Shown: positions 27,873 to 38,365, numbered from the stretch's first letter. The stretch is DNA of 64,000 nucleotides from Nibricoccus sp. (GCA_047602425.1 JASGHG010000001.1:1984001-2048000); one strand, 5' to 3'. The notes: generated by a model from the sequence alone, not told the origin. A program made the numbers and translations.

Positions 27873-28370
27873 GAAAATTCCCGCGCATGCCTCCAGCCCT
27901 TCATAAAGAGGGCGTGCGCCAGCAAGCCTGGCGCGTCGAGAAGCTGAAAAAGCGGCATGACGGTGGGGTAAATGTGATGGTTATCAGACGAGTATATTTT
28001 ATACGGTCCCAAATCACAGGTCTTTAGCAAAAGTCGTCAAAACCGCCGCGCGCCGTCTACCTCACAGTTTTGCTTTGTTAAGCCTGAAGTAGCGCGGCGT
28101 CTATTGGGCTATATCGTTTATTTATAATCACTAACAAACTATTATTTTGGCGTCATTTTTCTCCTACTTAGGTATCGAAAGGAAGAAGCCCACGCCGATT
28201 TTTTGCCGGTTTGAACGACCTTTGCCCCCTCTGACCAAGCAGTATCGCCGAAATGGGGAAATCGGTCGGATTTTCCTCATCCTGCTTTTTGAAATGCATT
28301 CGACCGGTCAAGCGTCGCGTGTCAGAAATGTCGGCGCTTCGTTTCTTTCCCAAACCAGCCTCTTTCCCTC

Positions 28371-29141
28371 ATGGCACTCGCACTCGATCTTTCGAAACGC
28401 GTCGCGCTCGTTACCGGTGCGACCGGGCAACTCGGCCGCGTCATGGCCCGCACGCTTGCGCAATGTGGCGCCGACATTGCCCTCCATTACCACAACGATC
28501 GCACCAAGGCGGAAACCTTGCAGCGCGAGATCGAAACGCTGGGCCGCCGCGCCGTCGTTGTGCAGGCCGATGTCACAACATCGGTAAGTCTCAGCGCCAT
28601 GCGCGATCAGATCGTTGGCGGCCTCGGCGCGCCCGACATCGTGGTGGCGAATGCGGTCGCGCAAATTTTCCCCTGGACAACGGTTTTGGAGGAATCCGAA
28701 GCCGATTACGAGAGCCAGTTCCGCTCCTGTGTGATGCAAAACGTGCTTCTGGCCAAACTATTCGTTCCCGCCATGATTGCGAAAGGCTGGGGCCGTTACA
28801 TCGGCATCAATACCGAATGCTCCATGCAAATGTTGTCCACGCAGTCGGCCTATGTCGCCGGCAAGCGCGGAATGGATGGCATGCTTCGCGTGCTCGCACG
28901 TGAGGTGGGACGGCACAACATCACCGTCAATCAGGTCGCACCCGGCTGGACCATCAGCGAACAGGATCGCGTGAACAAGACCGAGCGGCGACCCGAGTAT
29001 GAAGCACATGTTCCGCTCGCTCGACGCGGCACGGATCAAGAGGTGGCCAATGCCGTCGCATTCCTCGCCTCCGATCTTGCATCGTTCATCACCGGAGCCT
29101 TCGTGCCAGTTTGCGGCGGCAATGTCATGCCAACAATCTAA
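28371..29141 (+). CDS. SDR-family NAD(P)-dependent oxidoreductase
   Basis: VALVTGATGQLG, YVAGK (YxxxK), ITVNQVAPG, FLASD.ASFITG. Confidence 0.9.
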   Translation: MALALDLSKRVALVTGATGQLGRVMARTLAQCGADIALHYHNDRTKAETLQREIETLGRRAVVVQADVTTSVSLSAMRDQIVGGLGAPDIVVANAVAQIFPWTTVLEESEADYESQFRSCVMQNVLLAKLFVPAMIAKGWGRYIGINTECSMQMLSTQSAYVAGKRGMDGMLRVLAREVGRHNITVNQVAPGWTISEQDRVNKTERRPEYEAHVPLARRGTDQEVANAVAFLASDLASFITGAFVPVCGGNVMPTI

Positions 29142-29278
29142 ACTATCCTCTTGGGGTAAACACTGCCGCCTGCGCCACCCAAGATGGAACCAAATTCCAA
29201 AAAAGTGACTCTAACCACTCAGCGCCGCTCAGTTGGTTAGGCTTCTTCATCCCGTTTCAATCCACACCCCGCCGCACT

Positions 29279-29857
29279 ATGAAAATCTATTTCGCTCTCC
29301 TTCTCGTCGCAGCCTTGGCGTTCGGAGGCCGACTCGCCGCTCACGATTTTTCTGCCCACGAATTGGGACCGCTCTCTCCCGAAGAAGCCAGGCTCATTCG
29401 GGATTTCCGCGAAAACCCTGAGCCTTATCGTCGGCTTCTCTACGCCCAGCATGCACCTCCTCAACGCCCCCACCACGCACCCGTTCTTGGGCCAAGAGAC
29501 GTGATCGACGTCACGGTGGAAGGAGGACTGATCGCATTTAATGGCAAACGCAGAGGCTACGAACCTGTTTCCTTTCGCATCGTTCGTGGCGAGACCATCA
29601 CGATTGCCGTGCGGCGTGAAAGACATTCCGAAGAAACATCGATCGTCGTCTCCTATCGCGCCGATGGACTGCATTTCGACGTGCCGCGTCAGACGGGTCG
29701 CGCCGAGCCGCGAGGCTTTGTTGTGATCGGAGAAGATCCACGCTGGCAAACGGGTGCTCCGATCCTGTTCGACGATACAGTGAACAGTTCCCGATCCATC
29801 TCCGAGGCCCAAGCCATCTCGTTTCACATTCGCTATGCGGCCTCGCGTAGACCGTAG
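29279..29857 (+). CDS. Hypothetical secreted protein
   Basis: MKIYFALLLVAALAFGGRLAA signal-like start at 29279 inside the longer ORF. No family recognised. Confidence 0.55.
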   Translation: MKIYFALLLVAALAFGGRLAAHDFSAHELGPLSPEEARLIRDFRENPEPYRRLLYAQHAPPQRPHHAPVLGPRDVIDVTVEGGLIAFNGKRRGYEPVSFRIVRGETITIAVRRERHSEETSIVVSYRADGLHFDVPRQTGRAEPRGFVVIGEDPRWQTGAPILFDDTVNSSRSISEAQAISFHIRYAASRRP

Positions 29858-29866
29858 AACGCGTTT

Positions 29867-31000
29867 TTATGCCTTCACAAGGGTTCGCTCTCCGCTTTTT
29901 GCAGCAGCATAAATCGCCTCGATGATCGCCAGGTCCCTGCGGCCCATTTCACCGGGCGCGAGTGAAGGGGAACCTGTTAAAAGCTCCAACGCCATGCCAT
30001 CCAATTGCGCGGCTTGTTGATTGACGCTGGGCTTTCGCACGCGACCGCGCGAAGTTGTGAGGACCGGCGTGTCGTAGTAAAAGGCCGGCGGGCCTAATTG
30101 AGCCCAGCCGGTGTCCGACTCGACGCGGAAGCGGCTGACGTTTTCGGCGTAGGTGGCAAGGCATGAGGCCTTGGCTCCGTCGGAAAATTCGGCTTCCCAC
30201 TTCACGGATTCCTCGATTTCAGAAAAAATTTCAGGACGAGTGACCGGACCGAAGCTGGCCCGGATGGAAACGGGCGCAGCCTCAACTTTGGCCATGCAGG
30301 CCGCTTGGATGACGTAAACACCCATGTCCATCAACGGTCCGCCACCCGCAAGTTTTTTGTCGGCCCGCCAGTTGCCCGCACTTTTCGGCGAACGCATGCG
30401 AAAGCCATTGGCAGCGTCGATGCGCATGAAAATGCCGAGGTCTTTATCGTGGGCCAGACGCGTTAGTTCGATCGTGTTTGGCTCAAAGTGCAGCCGGTAA
30501 CCAATCATCAGGCGAACACCTGCTGACTTGCATGCCGCGATCATGGCGTCGCATTCGGCCACGCTGATCGCCATCGGTTTTTCGCAGATAACGTGCTTTC
30601 CACTCTTCGCAGCGGCAATGGTATGCTCCGCATGCAGGCCGTTGGGTGTGACGACATAGACCACGTCGATGTCCGGACTTTCGGCAAGTCGACCCATGGT
30701 GTCGTAACTAAAAATATTTTTCTCCGGGAATCCGTAGTCGTGCGCCCATTCCTTGCCTTTGGCCCGGTCGCCAGTGACTACTCCCGCCAACCGACAGCGC
30801 TTGGTCTGACGCAATGCCGGACCGAGTTGGTGAGTCGAATAGCCTCCAAGCCCCGCAAGCGCCACCCCGATTTTTTTAGATGGCAGCGGTGGTTCGATGG
30901 CGCGGCTCCAATCTGGCAGAAGAAGAGCACCAGAACCAATCACCATGTTACCAATGAAACGACGGCGTGTAACGGAAGACAGAGCGGCTGAGGTTTTCAT
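29867..31000 (-). CDS. Gfo/Idh/MocA-family oxidoreductase (glucose-fructose oxidoreductase-like), Tat-exported
   Basis: TRRRFIG twin-arginine motif. GLGGY. VYVVTPNGLH. HVICEKPMA. GGGPLMDMGVY. Confidence 0.9.
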   Translation of the reverse strand: MKTSAALSSVTRRRFIGNMVIGSGALLLPDWSRAIEPPLPSKKIGVALAGLGGYSTHQLGPALRQTKRCRLAGVVTGDRAKGKEWAHDYGFPEKNIFSYDTMGRLAESPDIDVVYVVTPNGLHAEHTIAAAKSGKHVICEKPMAISVAECDAMIAACKSAGVRLMIGYRLHFEPNTIELTRLAHDKDLGIFMRIDAANGFRMRSPKSAGNWRADKKLAGGGPLMDMGVYVIQAACMAKVEAAPVSIRASFGPVTRPEIFSEIEESVKWEAEFSDGAKASCLATYAENVSRFRVESDTGWAQLGPPAFYYDTPVLTTSRGRVRKPSVNQQAAQLDGMALELLTGSPSLAPGEMGRRDLAIIEAIYAAAKSGERTLVKA

Positions 31001-31135
31001 GGGCTTCCAAGGGTTCGATGCGGGGATGAACTTCAAGATGCCCAACGCAGCCAGCTTTTCGAGCCAGGGCGGCGGATTTTATATTACGTCACGAAGCGCA
31101 CGCTGCTCAACCGGCGCGTTCGCTGCGAGCGCCGC

Positions 31136-32071
31136 CTATTTGAGTTCGAGTTTTCGCAGATCTTCCGGTGTCCATTCCGCAGGCCGAAGAAGAATTCGAT
31201 AACGCAGATCCCATTCGGCGCCCGGTTCGTAATGCAGGGGCTTGGGCGCAAGGACTGCGGCGCAAGCCCAGTGCATTTGGGTGGAATTTGCGATGTACCA
31301 GGACGCTTCGTGGTCCGAATTTTTCGAATCGTCCATGATCGCCACACCACCGAGGAATTCGCTCTCCTTCTTGAGATTGAAGGCCACAACCGATGCCGTT
31401 GGCCGGCTGCGGTCCTGTTTGTATTCCGAAATCACGCCGTGAGATGTCACGGCGGAAAACACGACAGGCAGCGACGCCAGGCGGAGCGACAATCCGGCGT
31501 AGCCGCCGCCGGGCTGTCCGTTTGGCTCGTTCGGCAAAGGCGTCCGATCCAAATCGACACCGGCAATGCCCGCTTGAAAATGGCCATGCCAGTCGATGGC
31601 ATAACTTCCATCCTTCGCGGGCGCGCTGATTTTGATTTCCCTTGTTTCCGAAACGTCGACGCGCCCGGAAGGATGCACGTAGTGCACGGCGAAACGGACG
31701 ATGGCGGTCCCGTCAGGTTCGGTCTCGATGACAGGCGTTGTCCAGTGCGTGGCACCTTCGGCCCGTCCCGACGTGCGGTCTTCTTCCCAATAGTTGACGC
31801 GATTGATGTATTTCCACGAGAACCACAGCCCATAATGCCACGGATGGTCCCCCGGTTTAAAATCGGTCAGGCTGCTCTTGCCGCCCACGGACAGCGGATG
31901 GAAAAACGGTTTCCCCGCCTTGGGATCGAAGGAAAATTTCCAGACGACAGCGTCCTTTTCGCGCCAAGCCAAACTGGTTTCGGTGCGCTGCCATTCCGCT
32001 CGAACCGAAACCGCCAAAACAAAACCAAAGATCCAAAACGCGGCAAGGCGGTGGCAGTGAGACGGCTTCAT
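31136..32071 (-). CDS. PmoA-family (DUF6807-like) secreted protein
   Basis: Signal peptide. KPFFHPL, DHPWHYGLWFSW, NYWE, GGYAGLSLR motifs. Confidence 0.7.
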   Translation of the reverse strand: MKPSHCHRLAAFWIFGFVLAVSVRAEWQRTETSLAWREKDAVVWKFSFDPKAGKPFFHPLSVGGKSSLTDFKPGDHPWHYGLWFSWKYINRVNYWEEDRTSGRAEGATHWTTPVIETEPDGTAIVRFAVHYVHPSGRVDVSETREIKISAPAKDGSYAIDWHGHFQAGIAGVDLDRTPLPNEPNGQPGGGYAGLSLRLASLPVVFSAVTSHGVISEYKQDRSRPTASVVAFNLKKESEFLGGVAIMDDSKNSDHEASWYIANSTQMHWACAAVLAPKPLHYEPGAEWDLRYRILLRPAEWTPEDLRKLELK

Positions 32072-32202
32072 GGAACGCGGAGAAGACGCCGGAACTAGCG
32101 CAAGGTGTCAAATTTTCCAAAGTGCACGGAAAGATTTCCCTGCCCGATGAAGGCCTGCCGCCATACGCGAAAATTCCCGCAGCACCTGCCCGTCCTGTTC
32201 TC

Positions 32203-32865
32203 TCAGGAGGTTGAAGGCTCAGACATTGCTTGCTCCTTCGCCTCTCCTTCGATTTCCGAAAAATATTTCTCGATGCAGACGGGGCACATGCCGTGGGTGA
32301 AACTGATGCCGAGCCGCTTGTGAAAGAAGTGCTCAATTTTGGTCCATACCCCGTCGTCCTCCTTGACCTTTTTGCAGCCGGCGCAAACCGGGAGCGGGTT
32401 GGGAATTTTGTGCCAGTTCCGCAATGTCTCGACCTCGGCGCGCAATTGTTTCAACTCGCGTTCCGCCTCCCGGCGACGGCGACGTTCCTCGCTCAAACGC
32501 GTCGCGTGCTGCACCGCCGAAACCAAATCCGTCAAACGGCCCTTGAGCACGCACTCGTCGGACCCCTGTTCGCGCGACCAGATCAAAGCATTTTCCCACA
32601 TGGACCCAGTCACGACGACGAACGGCATCTTGGGATCGCGTTCGCTCATCCATTTCAACATGGCCAAACTGTCCCAGCGATTGTGGCTCTGGTCTTGCAA
32701 CACCGACTCAGGCTGGCGCTCGTTGAAAAGCATGCTCAGCTCCTCCTCCGTCTCTAGTTTCGCCGTGTCGCAACGCATACCGGCGCGCTCCAATTGGTCT
32801 GTGATCAGTTCATAATCTTGGACAATATCCTCCACGACCAGGATTCGCGTAGTGTTTTTTTGCAT
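32203..32865 (-). CDS. Atypical response-regulator receiver with C-terminal CxxC...HGxCxxC domain
   Basis: RILVVED, PFVVVTG, VLK receiver motifs. Coiled coil, then LPVCAGCKKV..W..IE..F...FTHGMCPVC. Confidence 0.75.
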   Translation of the reverse strand: MQKNTTRILVVEDIVQDYELITDQLERAGMRCDTAKLETEEELSMLFNERQPESVLQDQSHNRWDSLAMLKWMSERDPKMPFVVVTGSMWENALIWSREQGSDECVLKGRLTDLVSAVQHATRLSEERRRRREAERELKQLRAEVETLRNWHKIPNPLPVCAGCKKVKEDDGVWTKIEHFFHKRLGISFTHGMCPVCIEKYFSEIEGEAKEQAMSEPSTS

Positions 32866-33167
32866 CCAGCCAGCCTAGCAAGCGGGTCTGCCGTCTGGTA
32901 GTGGGTCCATACCCACCGGAATCGACCCCAGTCCCGGCGTCGGCGCCAGTTTTTCACGCCGTTGTTGGCGTATCCTAACATTCAATACAGTCGTTGGATA
33001 GCGCGCATTGACACATGGGGTAAGCACCTACTGGGCGAAGGTGAATCGATCAGGCACCATTGGCGGGCTATTGTCCGCACGATCACAAGCGTGCCGGGCG
33101 GGCATGCAATTTTTGCAACGGCTTCATACCGATCACACCTCCTCTATTTGCAAGGAACCTAAAAATC

Positions 33168-34157
33168 ATGAAGGGTAGTCCTGAATCTCTCACGAGCAAA
33201 ACCAAAAGCCAGCGCCGGGTTGGGCCGGCTGTGCAGAGCGCACGATACCAGGACGAGGTCGCCGGTGTCCAACTGCAGCCCACCGTTAACTACAGCGACC
33301 CGTTGCTGCGCGAACTCGTCGCACATTTGCGGGAGAATCGCACGCAATTGCGCGAGGTGTGGGCCCGGAATATTCTCGATGCCCAGTTGCTCTCCGCGAT
33401 GAGCAAAGAGGAAATTTTCCTCGAGGTCACCTCGGTCTACGACAACTACGTCGAGGTGTTGGAAACCGGCAGCGTCGATGCCCTGCAGGCTTACGCCCGC
33501 AATCTGTCCGAGCGCATCATTCCCCGCGGCGTGGAAACGCATGAGGTCATCGGCATCGTGCTTTTGTTGCGCGACGTGCTCGCGCGTTCCCTCTTCAAGA
33601 AATACCAGCACGACTTCGATCTGCTCAATCGCGTGCTCGACGCCTACGAGCCCGCCGCCAACCGCATCGCGAACACCGTCGCCGTGTCCTTCGTGCAGGA
33701 GCGCGAGCGCATCATACGTCAGCAACAGGAGGCCATCCGCGAATTGTCCACGCCGGTGCTTCAAGTTCGGGAGCGCCTTCTCATTTTGCCTATCATCGGC
33801 GTCATCGATTCGCAGCGCGCCAAGCAACTCACCGAGCAGCTCCTGCGCGGCATCCGGAACAACCGCGCCAAGGTCGTGGTGGTCGACATCACCGGCGTGC
33901 CGACGATCGACTCCACGGTGGCTAACCATCTCGTACAGACAGTGGAGGCTTCCCGCCTCATGGGGGCCGGCGTGATCATCACGGGCCTCTCGTCGGAAAT
34001 CGCGCAGACTCTCGTCACCATTGGCGTTGACCTCAGCAAGATGAACGCCGTCGGCGACCTGCAAGGTGGCATCGAACTTGCCGAACAAATGCTCGGCTAC
34101 AAAGTCAAAACCATGGGGGCAAGCGCGACGGCACAGGAAGTGGAAAGTACCAAGTAG
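33168..34157 (+). CDS. rsbR: Stressosome protein RsbR (helical N-terminal domain plus STAS)
   Basis: QQEAIRELSTPVLQV..LILPIIGVIDSQRA..VVVVDITGVPTIDSTVANHL. Confidence 0.9.
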   Translation: MKGSPESLTSKTKSQRRVGPAVQSARYQDEVAGVQLQPTVNYSDPLLRELVAHLRENRTQLREVWARNILDAQLLSAMSKEEIFLEVTSVYDNYVEVLETGSVDALQAYARNLSERIIPRGVETHEVIGIVLLLRDVLARSLFKKYQHDFDLLNRVLDAYEPAANRIANTVAVSFVQERERIIRQQQEAIRELSTPVLQVRERLLILPIIGVIDSQRAKQLTEQLLRGIRNNRAKVVVVDITGVPTIDSTVANHLVQTVEASRLMGAGVIITGLSSEIAQTLVTIGVDLSKMNAVGDLQGGIELAEQMLGYKVKTMGASATAQEVESTK

Positions 34158-34168
34158 GCCGCGCGCGC

Positions 34169-34543
34169 ATGCAAGTCCCCATCCTCAAACAAGGCAGTTA
34201 CCTCATCGCCAGCATCCAATCGGTGTTGTCCGATGCGGACATGCTTCAGTTGCGCGACGACCTGGCCGCCAGGGTGGGCGTTAACCGCTCGCGCGGCGTC
34301 ATCATCGACGTGACCGTGCTGGATGTCATCGATTCTTTCGCCACGCGAACACTTCGCCATATCGCCCATATGCTCCAGTTGCGCGGAGCAAAAACGGTCA
34401 TCGTCGGCATTCAACCCGAGGTGGCCTTCGCAATGGTTCAACTTGGGCTGACTCTCGAGGGGGTCGGCACCGCGCTCGATCTTGAGGAAGGGCTTTCCTT
34501 CCTCGACCAGAAGACGAAGACCGATGCAAAAACCACTTCATGA
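34169..34543 (+). CDS. rsbS: Stressosome STAS protein RsbS
   Basis: VPILK..LIASIQ, GVIIDVT.LDVIDSF, VGIQPEVA..MVQLGL, TALDLEEG. Confidence 0.9.
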   Translation: MQVPILKQGSYLIASIQSVLSDADMLQLRDDLAARVGVNRSRGVIIDVTVLDVIDSFATRTLRHIAHMLQLRGAKTVIVGIQPEVAFAMVQLGLTLEGVGTALDLEEGLSFLDQKTKTDAKTTS

Positions 34544-34958
34544 GGAAATCCGCGTCGAGGTTCGGTCAACCATCGACATTGTCACGGCCCGCCAACAAGG
34601 CCGGGAAATGGCAATGCAATTGGGATTCCCTTCTGGAGAAGTCACGCTCGTCGCCGCCGCGATTTCAGAAATAGCCCGCAACATTCTCGACCACGCCAAA
34701 GAGGGCGAAGTGCTTCTTTCCGCAGTGCAGTGCGGCAATCGCCAGGGCCTGCAAGTCATCGCCCAGGACAACGGGCCGGGAATTCCCGATATTCAACAAG
34801 CCATGCAATACGGCTACTCCACGCGCCGGGGGCTCGGCGTTGGCCTTCCGGGCGCGAAATGGCTGATGGACGACTTCGAAATCGAATCGAAGGTCGGGCA
34901 AGGCACCAAAGTCACCATGCACAAATGGCTTCGTCATGACACCGCCAAACTCGACTGA
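34524..34958 (+). CDS. rsbT: Serine kinase RsbT
   Basis: DIVTARQ.GR, AISEIARNI, DNGPGIPDI, GYST..GLGVGLPG, GTKVTM.KW. Confidence 0.9.
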   Translation: MQKPLHEEIRVEVRSTIDIVTARQQGREMAMQLGFPSGEVTLVAAAISEIARNILDHAKEGEVLLSAVQCGNRQGLQVIAQDNGPGIPDIQQAMQYGYSTRRGLGVGLPGAKWLMDDFEIESKVGQGTKVTMHKWLRHDTAKLD

Positions 34959-35550
34959 CTCCATCGAATGGGCCGTGGCCCACTGCGCTCTTCCCGGGCA
35001 GGAAGTATCCGGCGACCGGCACCTCGTGCAACCGCACGACCGCGGCGTGCTGCTGGCCGTCGTGGACGGAATTGGCCATGGTCCCGAAGCCACGTGGGCC
35101 GCCGACCTCGCCGTCGAAGCATTGCGCCAACAACCGGGCGACTCCGTCCTCAACTTAATCAAACGCAGTCACGCCGCGTTGCATCAAACGCGTGGCGTTG
35201 TGCTCACCGCCGTTGTCTTTGACGAACCAGACCGTACCGTCACGTGGTGCGGCGTCGGCAATGTCGAGGGCATGCTCGTGCGCAACGACGCCGTGCAGGA
35301 GCACACGCTGTTGAGAGGCGGTACCGTTGGCGCCTCGCTCCCGCCGCTTCATGCCGGTGTTGTTCCGGTGCAGCCCGGAGATTTGCTCATCTTGGCCAGC
35401 GATGGCATCCGACCCGATTACGAGCGGGATCTGCCGGTGAAGGGTTCGCCGCAGCGGATCGCCGATCACATCTTGGGAAAATATTTCAAGGGAACCGATG
35501 ACGCCTGTGTGCTGGTCACGCGTTTTCTCGACAAGGAGACTCATGCATAA
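34936..35550 (+). CDS. rsbX: RsbX-like SpoIIE/PP2C phosphatase
   Basis: SGD, VVDGIGHG, TRGVV, GVGNV, LASDGI, DDA. Located directly after rsbT. Confidence 0.8.
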   Translation: MTPPNSTDSIEWAVAHCALPGQEVSGDRHLVQPHDRGVLLAVVDGIGHGPEATWAADLAVEALRQQPGDSVLNLIKRSHAALHQTRGVVLTAVVFDEPDRTVTWCGVGNVEGMLVRNDAVQEHTLLRGGTVGASLPPLHAGVVPVQPGDLLILASDGIRPDYERDLPVKGSPQRIADHILGKYFKGTDDACVLVTRFLDKETHA

Positions 35551-37594
35551 TCCCACACAATCGTTGCTCGCGCCCACCGTTCCCACGCCCGCGCCTACGA
35601 GCGGATTCGAGGATTGGTGGCAGCGCCTTCAACCGATCCTCAATTCCGCGTCCGATTTTTGCGCCGTGATCGACGCGGAGTTCGTCTATCGCGCGGCCAA
35701 CGATAACTATTGCCAAGCTCACGGCCGCCCTCGTTCGGAAATCGTCGGGCAAAACGTCGCCGGTCTTTGGGGCGACAATTTATTTCAAAGCATCCTGCGG
35801 CCCCCGCTCGAACGCTGTTTCCAAGGCGAGGAAGTGCGTTACGAAGCGCACTTTGGTTTTCCAAAAACCGGCCCGCGACACTACGAGGTTTCGCTTCATC
35901 CGTATGCCCCCGCCAATGGTTCCCAAAATCTTCCGCAAGCCATCGTGATCACACGCGACGTCACGGCCCTGCATGAGGCCGAGGAAGAAGCGCGGCTGGT
36001 GCTGCTGCTGGCGCGCGCGATCAACCAAGCGCCCGATTTCGATACCGCGCTGGGACAGGCCGTGCGCGAAATTTGCCGGTTCACCGGTTGGACCCTTGGA
36101 CAGGCCTGGCTTTCCGTGCCCGGCGAAGAAGGTTTCGAGTGCGCGCCGTTCTGCGAAACGTTGCGGCCGGGGCTGGAAGCGTTTGTTGCATTGAGCCGTC
36201 AGAAAAATTGGCGACAGGACGAGGTTCTGGCCGGTGCGGCGTGGCAGGCAGATCAACCCGTTTGGGCACCCGATTTCGCGGACGACCCGCAACACCCCCG
36301 CAGCCCGCTGGCCCGCGAGTTGGGACTGACCGCCGCCATGGCCATTCCGGTGCGAGCCGGCGGCAAGGTGGTCGCGGTCATGGAATATCTGCTCGCCACT
36401 CCGCGCACGCGCGATCGCCGCTTGATGGGTGTCGTCGCCGCCGTGACCTCACAGCTCGATTCGCTCTTTCAACGCAAGCGCGTGGAGACCGCCCTTCGCG
36501 ATTCCGAGGAACGTTACCATAACCTTGTTGAAACCGCCAACGATGTGATTTTCTCCCTCACGCCCGATGGAAACATCGCCGCGCTCAACCCGGCGTTCGA
36601 AACGCTCACGGGCTGGACCTGTACGGAGTGGATCGGAAAATCTTTTTTCCCACTTCTCCACCCCGACGATTTACCCACGGCGCAGGCCCGGCTCTACGCC
36701 ACCCTGCAGGGCGCTCCGCCGCGCCGCAGCGAATACCGTGTGCGGAAAGCGGACGGCGGCTATGCCGTGGGCGAGTTCATCGTCACGCCGAATCTGCGCG
36801 AAGGAAAAGTCGTGGGCTTGTCCGGCATCGGGCGCGATATAACCGAGCGCAAACGCGCCGAAGAGGCTATGCATCAAAGCGAGGAACACTACCGCGAGCT
36901 TTTCCACCAAGCTTACCAGATGCAGGAAAATCTCCGCCGGCTCTCTGACCGTGTTCTGCGGGTTCAGGAGCAGGAACGCGCCCGAATCAGCCGTGACCTT
37001 CACGACGAGGTCGGCCAGACCCTCACTGCGATCAATGTCAACCTCGCCGTCCTCGGCAAAGCAGTGGCCTCCGGTCCGAAGGAGGTGGTGCAACGTCTCG
37101 CCGATGCGCGTGCCCTGCTTGAGCAAACGATGGAAACGGTGCATAATTTCTCCCGTGAGCTCCGCCCTGCCATGCTCGATGATCTCGGTCTCGTACCCGC
37201 CTTGCGCTCCTATCTGAAAAGTTGCGCCAATCGCACGGGACTGACCGTGGATTTTCATGCTTCGCGCGAAGAGCAAATCGAACAGCTCGCCGCCGAGCAG
37301 AAAACCGTTTTCTACCGCGTCGCCCAGGAAGGGCTCAACAACGCCATCAAACATGCGCAGGCCAACCGCGTCGTGGTCGAGGCCGAAGAAAACAACGGCC
37401 GCGTCTCGCTTACGATCGTTGACGACGGTCGCGGCTTCGTCGTCAATGGCCAAGCCGCCGAAGAAGCGCCCGGGCGGCTGGGACTGCTTGGCATCGCCGA
37501 ACGCGTGCGCCTCGTGAACGGCGAATTCTCGGTCCAATCCGCACCCGGGCAGGGCACCACCCTGCGCGTCGTCGTGCCATTGTCCGCCGCGTGA
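35543..37594 (+). CDS. Cytoplasmic PAS-GAF-PAS sensor histidine kinase (HisKA_3/NarX type)
   Basis: QEQERARISRDLHDEVGQ, ELRPAMLDDLGL, YRVAQEGLNNAIKHA, DDGRGF, LGLLGIAER. Confidence 0.9.
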   Translation: MHNPTQSLLAPTVPTPAPTSGFEDWWQRLQPILNSASDFCAVIDAEFVYRAANDNYCQAHGRPRSEIVGQNVAGLWGDNLFQSILRPPLERCFQGEEVRYEAHFGFPKTGPRHYEVSLHPYAPANGSQNLPQAIVITRDVTALHEAEEEARLVLLLARAINQAPDFDTALGQAVREICRFTGWTLGQAWLSVPGEEGFECAPFCETLRPGLEAFVALSRQKNWRQDEVLAGAAWQADQPVWAPDFADDPQHPRSPLARELGLTAAMAIPVRAGGKVVAVMEYLLATPRTRDRRLMGVVAAVTSQLDSLFQRKRVETALRDSEERYHNLVETANDVIFSLTPDGNIAALNPAFETLTGWTCTEWIGKSFFPLLHPDDLPTAQARLYATLQGAPPRRSEYRVRKADGGYAVGEFIVTPNLREGKVVGLSGIGRDITERKRAEEAMHQSEEHYRELFHQAYQMQENLRRLSDRVLRVQEQERARISRDLHDEVGQTLTAINVNLAVLGKAVASGPKEVVQRLADARALLEQTMETVHNFSRELRPAMLDDLGLVPALRSYLKSCANRTGLTVDFHASREEQIEQLAAEQKTVFYRVAQEGLNNAIKHAQANRVVVEAEENNGRVSLTIVDDGRGFVVNGQAAEEAPGRLGLLGIAERVRLVNGEFSVQSAPGQGTTLRVVVPLSAA

Positions 37595-37642
37595 CCGCCC
37601 ATTCAATCAACCAAAACCTCCACCCAGACCGATCCAACCGCC

Positions 37643-38335
37643 ATGCCTAAAACCACCGTCCTGCTGGCCGACGATCACACCATCGTCCGCCAAGGCCTGC
37701 GCGCCCTGCTCGCCGCCGAACCCGACATCGAAGTCGTGGGCGAAGCCGAGACCGGTCGCCAGGCCGTGCAAATGGCCAAGAAGCTTCTTCCCGACGTCGC
37801 CGTCATGGACATTGCCATGCCGCAACTGAACGGTTTGGAAGCGACCCGCCAGATTGCCAGCGACGTGCCTTCCACCAAGGTCATCATTCTCTCGTCGTAT
37901 AATGACGACGAATACGTGGAGCAACTCACCGCCGCGGGCGCCATCGGCTATCTCCTCAAGCAAACCGCCGCCACCGACCTCATCTCTGCGATCCGCGCCG
38001 CTCAGCAGGGCCTTGCCTTTTTCAGCCCCGCAATTTCACGACGTAAACTCGACCAACACCGGCGCGCTTTTGCCGCCGGCCAGTCGGTCCGCAAAGCGAG
38101 CGATGCGCTTTCACCCCGCGAGCGCGAAGTCCTGCAGCTCATCGCCGAGGGAAAAACCAACAAGGAAATCGCCAGCGATCTTTGCATCAGCATCAAGACC
38201 GTCGAAAAGCACCGCCAACAAGTGATGAACCGGCTGAACATTCACGACATCGCCGGTCTCACGCGCTACGCGATTTCCAAAGGCATCATCGAAACCATGC
38301 CGGTGTTGATTCCGCCTCCGCCCAAGGAATCCTGA
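37643..38335 (+). CDS. NarL/LuxR-family DNA-binding response regulator
   Basis: LADDH, MDIAMP.LNG, LSPREREVLQLIAEG.TNKEIA..L.IS.KTVEKHR. Confidence 0.93.
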   Translation: MPKTTVLLADDHTIVRQGLRALLAAEPDIEVVGEAETGRQAVQMAKKLLPDVAVMDIAMPQLNGLEATRQIASDVPSTKVIILSSYNDDEYVEQLTAAGAIGYLLKQTAATDLISAIRAAQQGLAFFSPAISRRKLDQHRRAFAAGQSVRKASDALSPREREVLQLIAEGKTNKEIASDLCISIKTVEKHRQQVMNRLNIHDIAGLTRYAISKGIIETMPVLIPPPPKES

Positions 38336-38365
38336 ACGGCTCGCGGCGACGGCAAAGCCTTCGGT

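Noticed and set aside
31136..32071. Particulate methane monooxygenase subunit
   Set aside because: The PmoA family label applies to a soluble secreted domain. The protein has no multi-TM architecture and there are no pmoB/pmoC neighbours.
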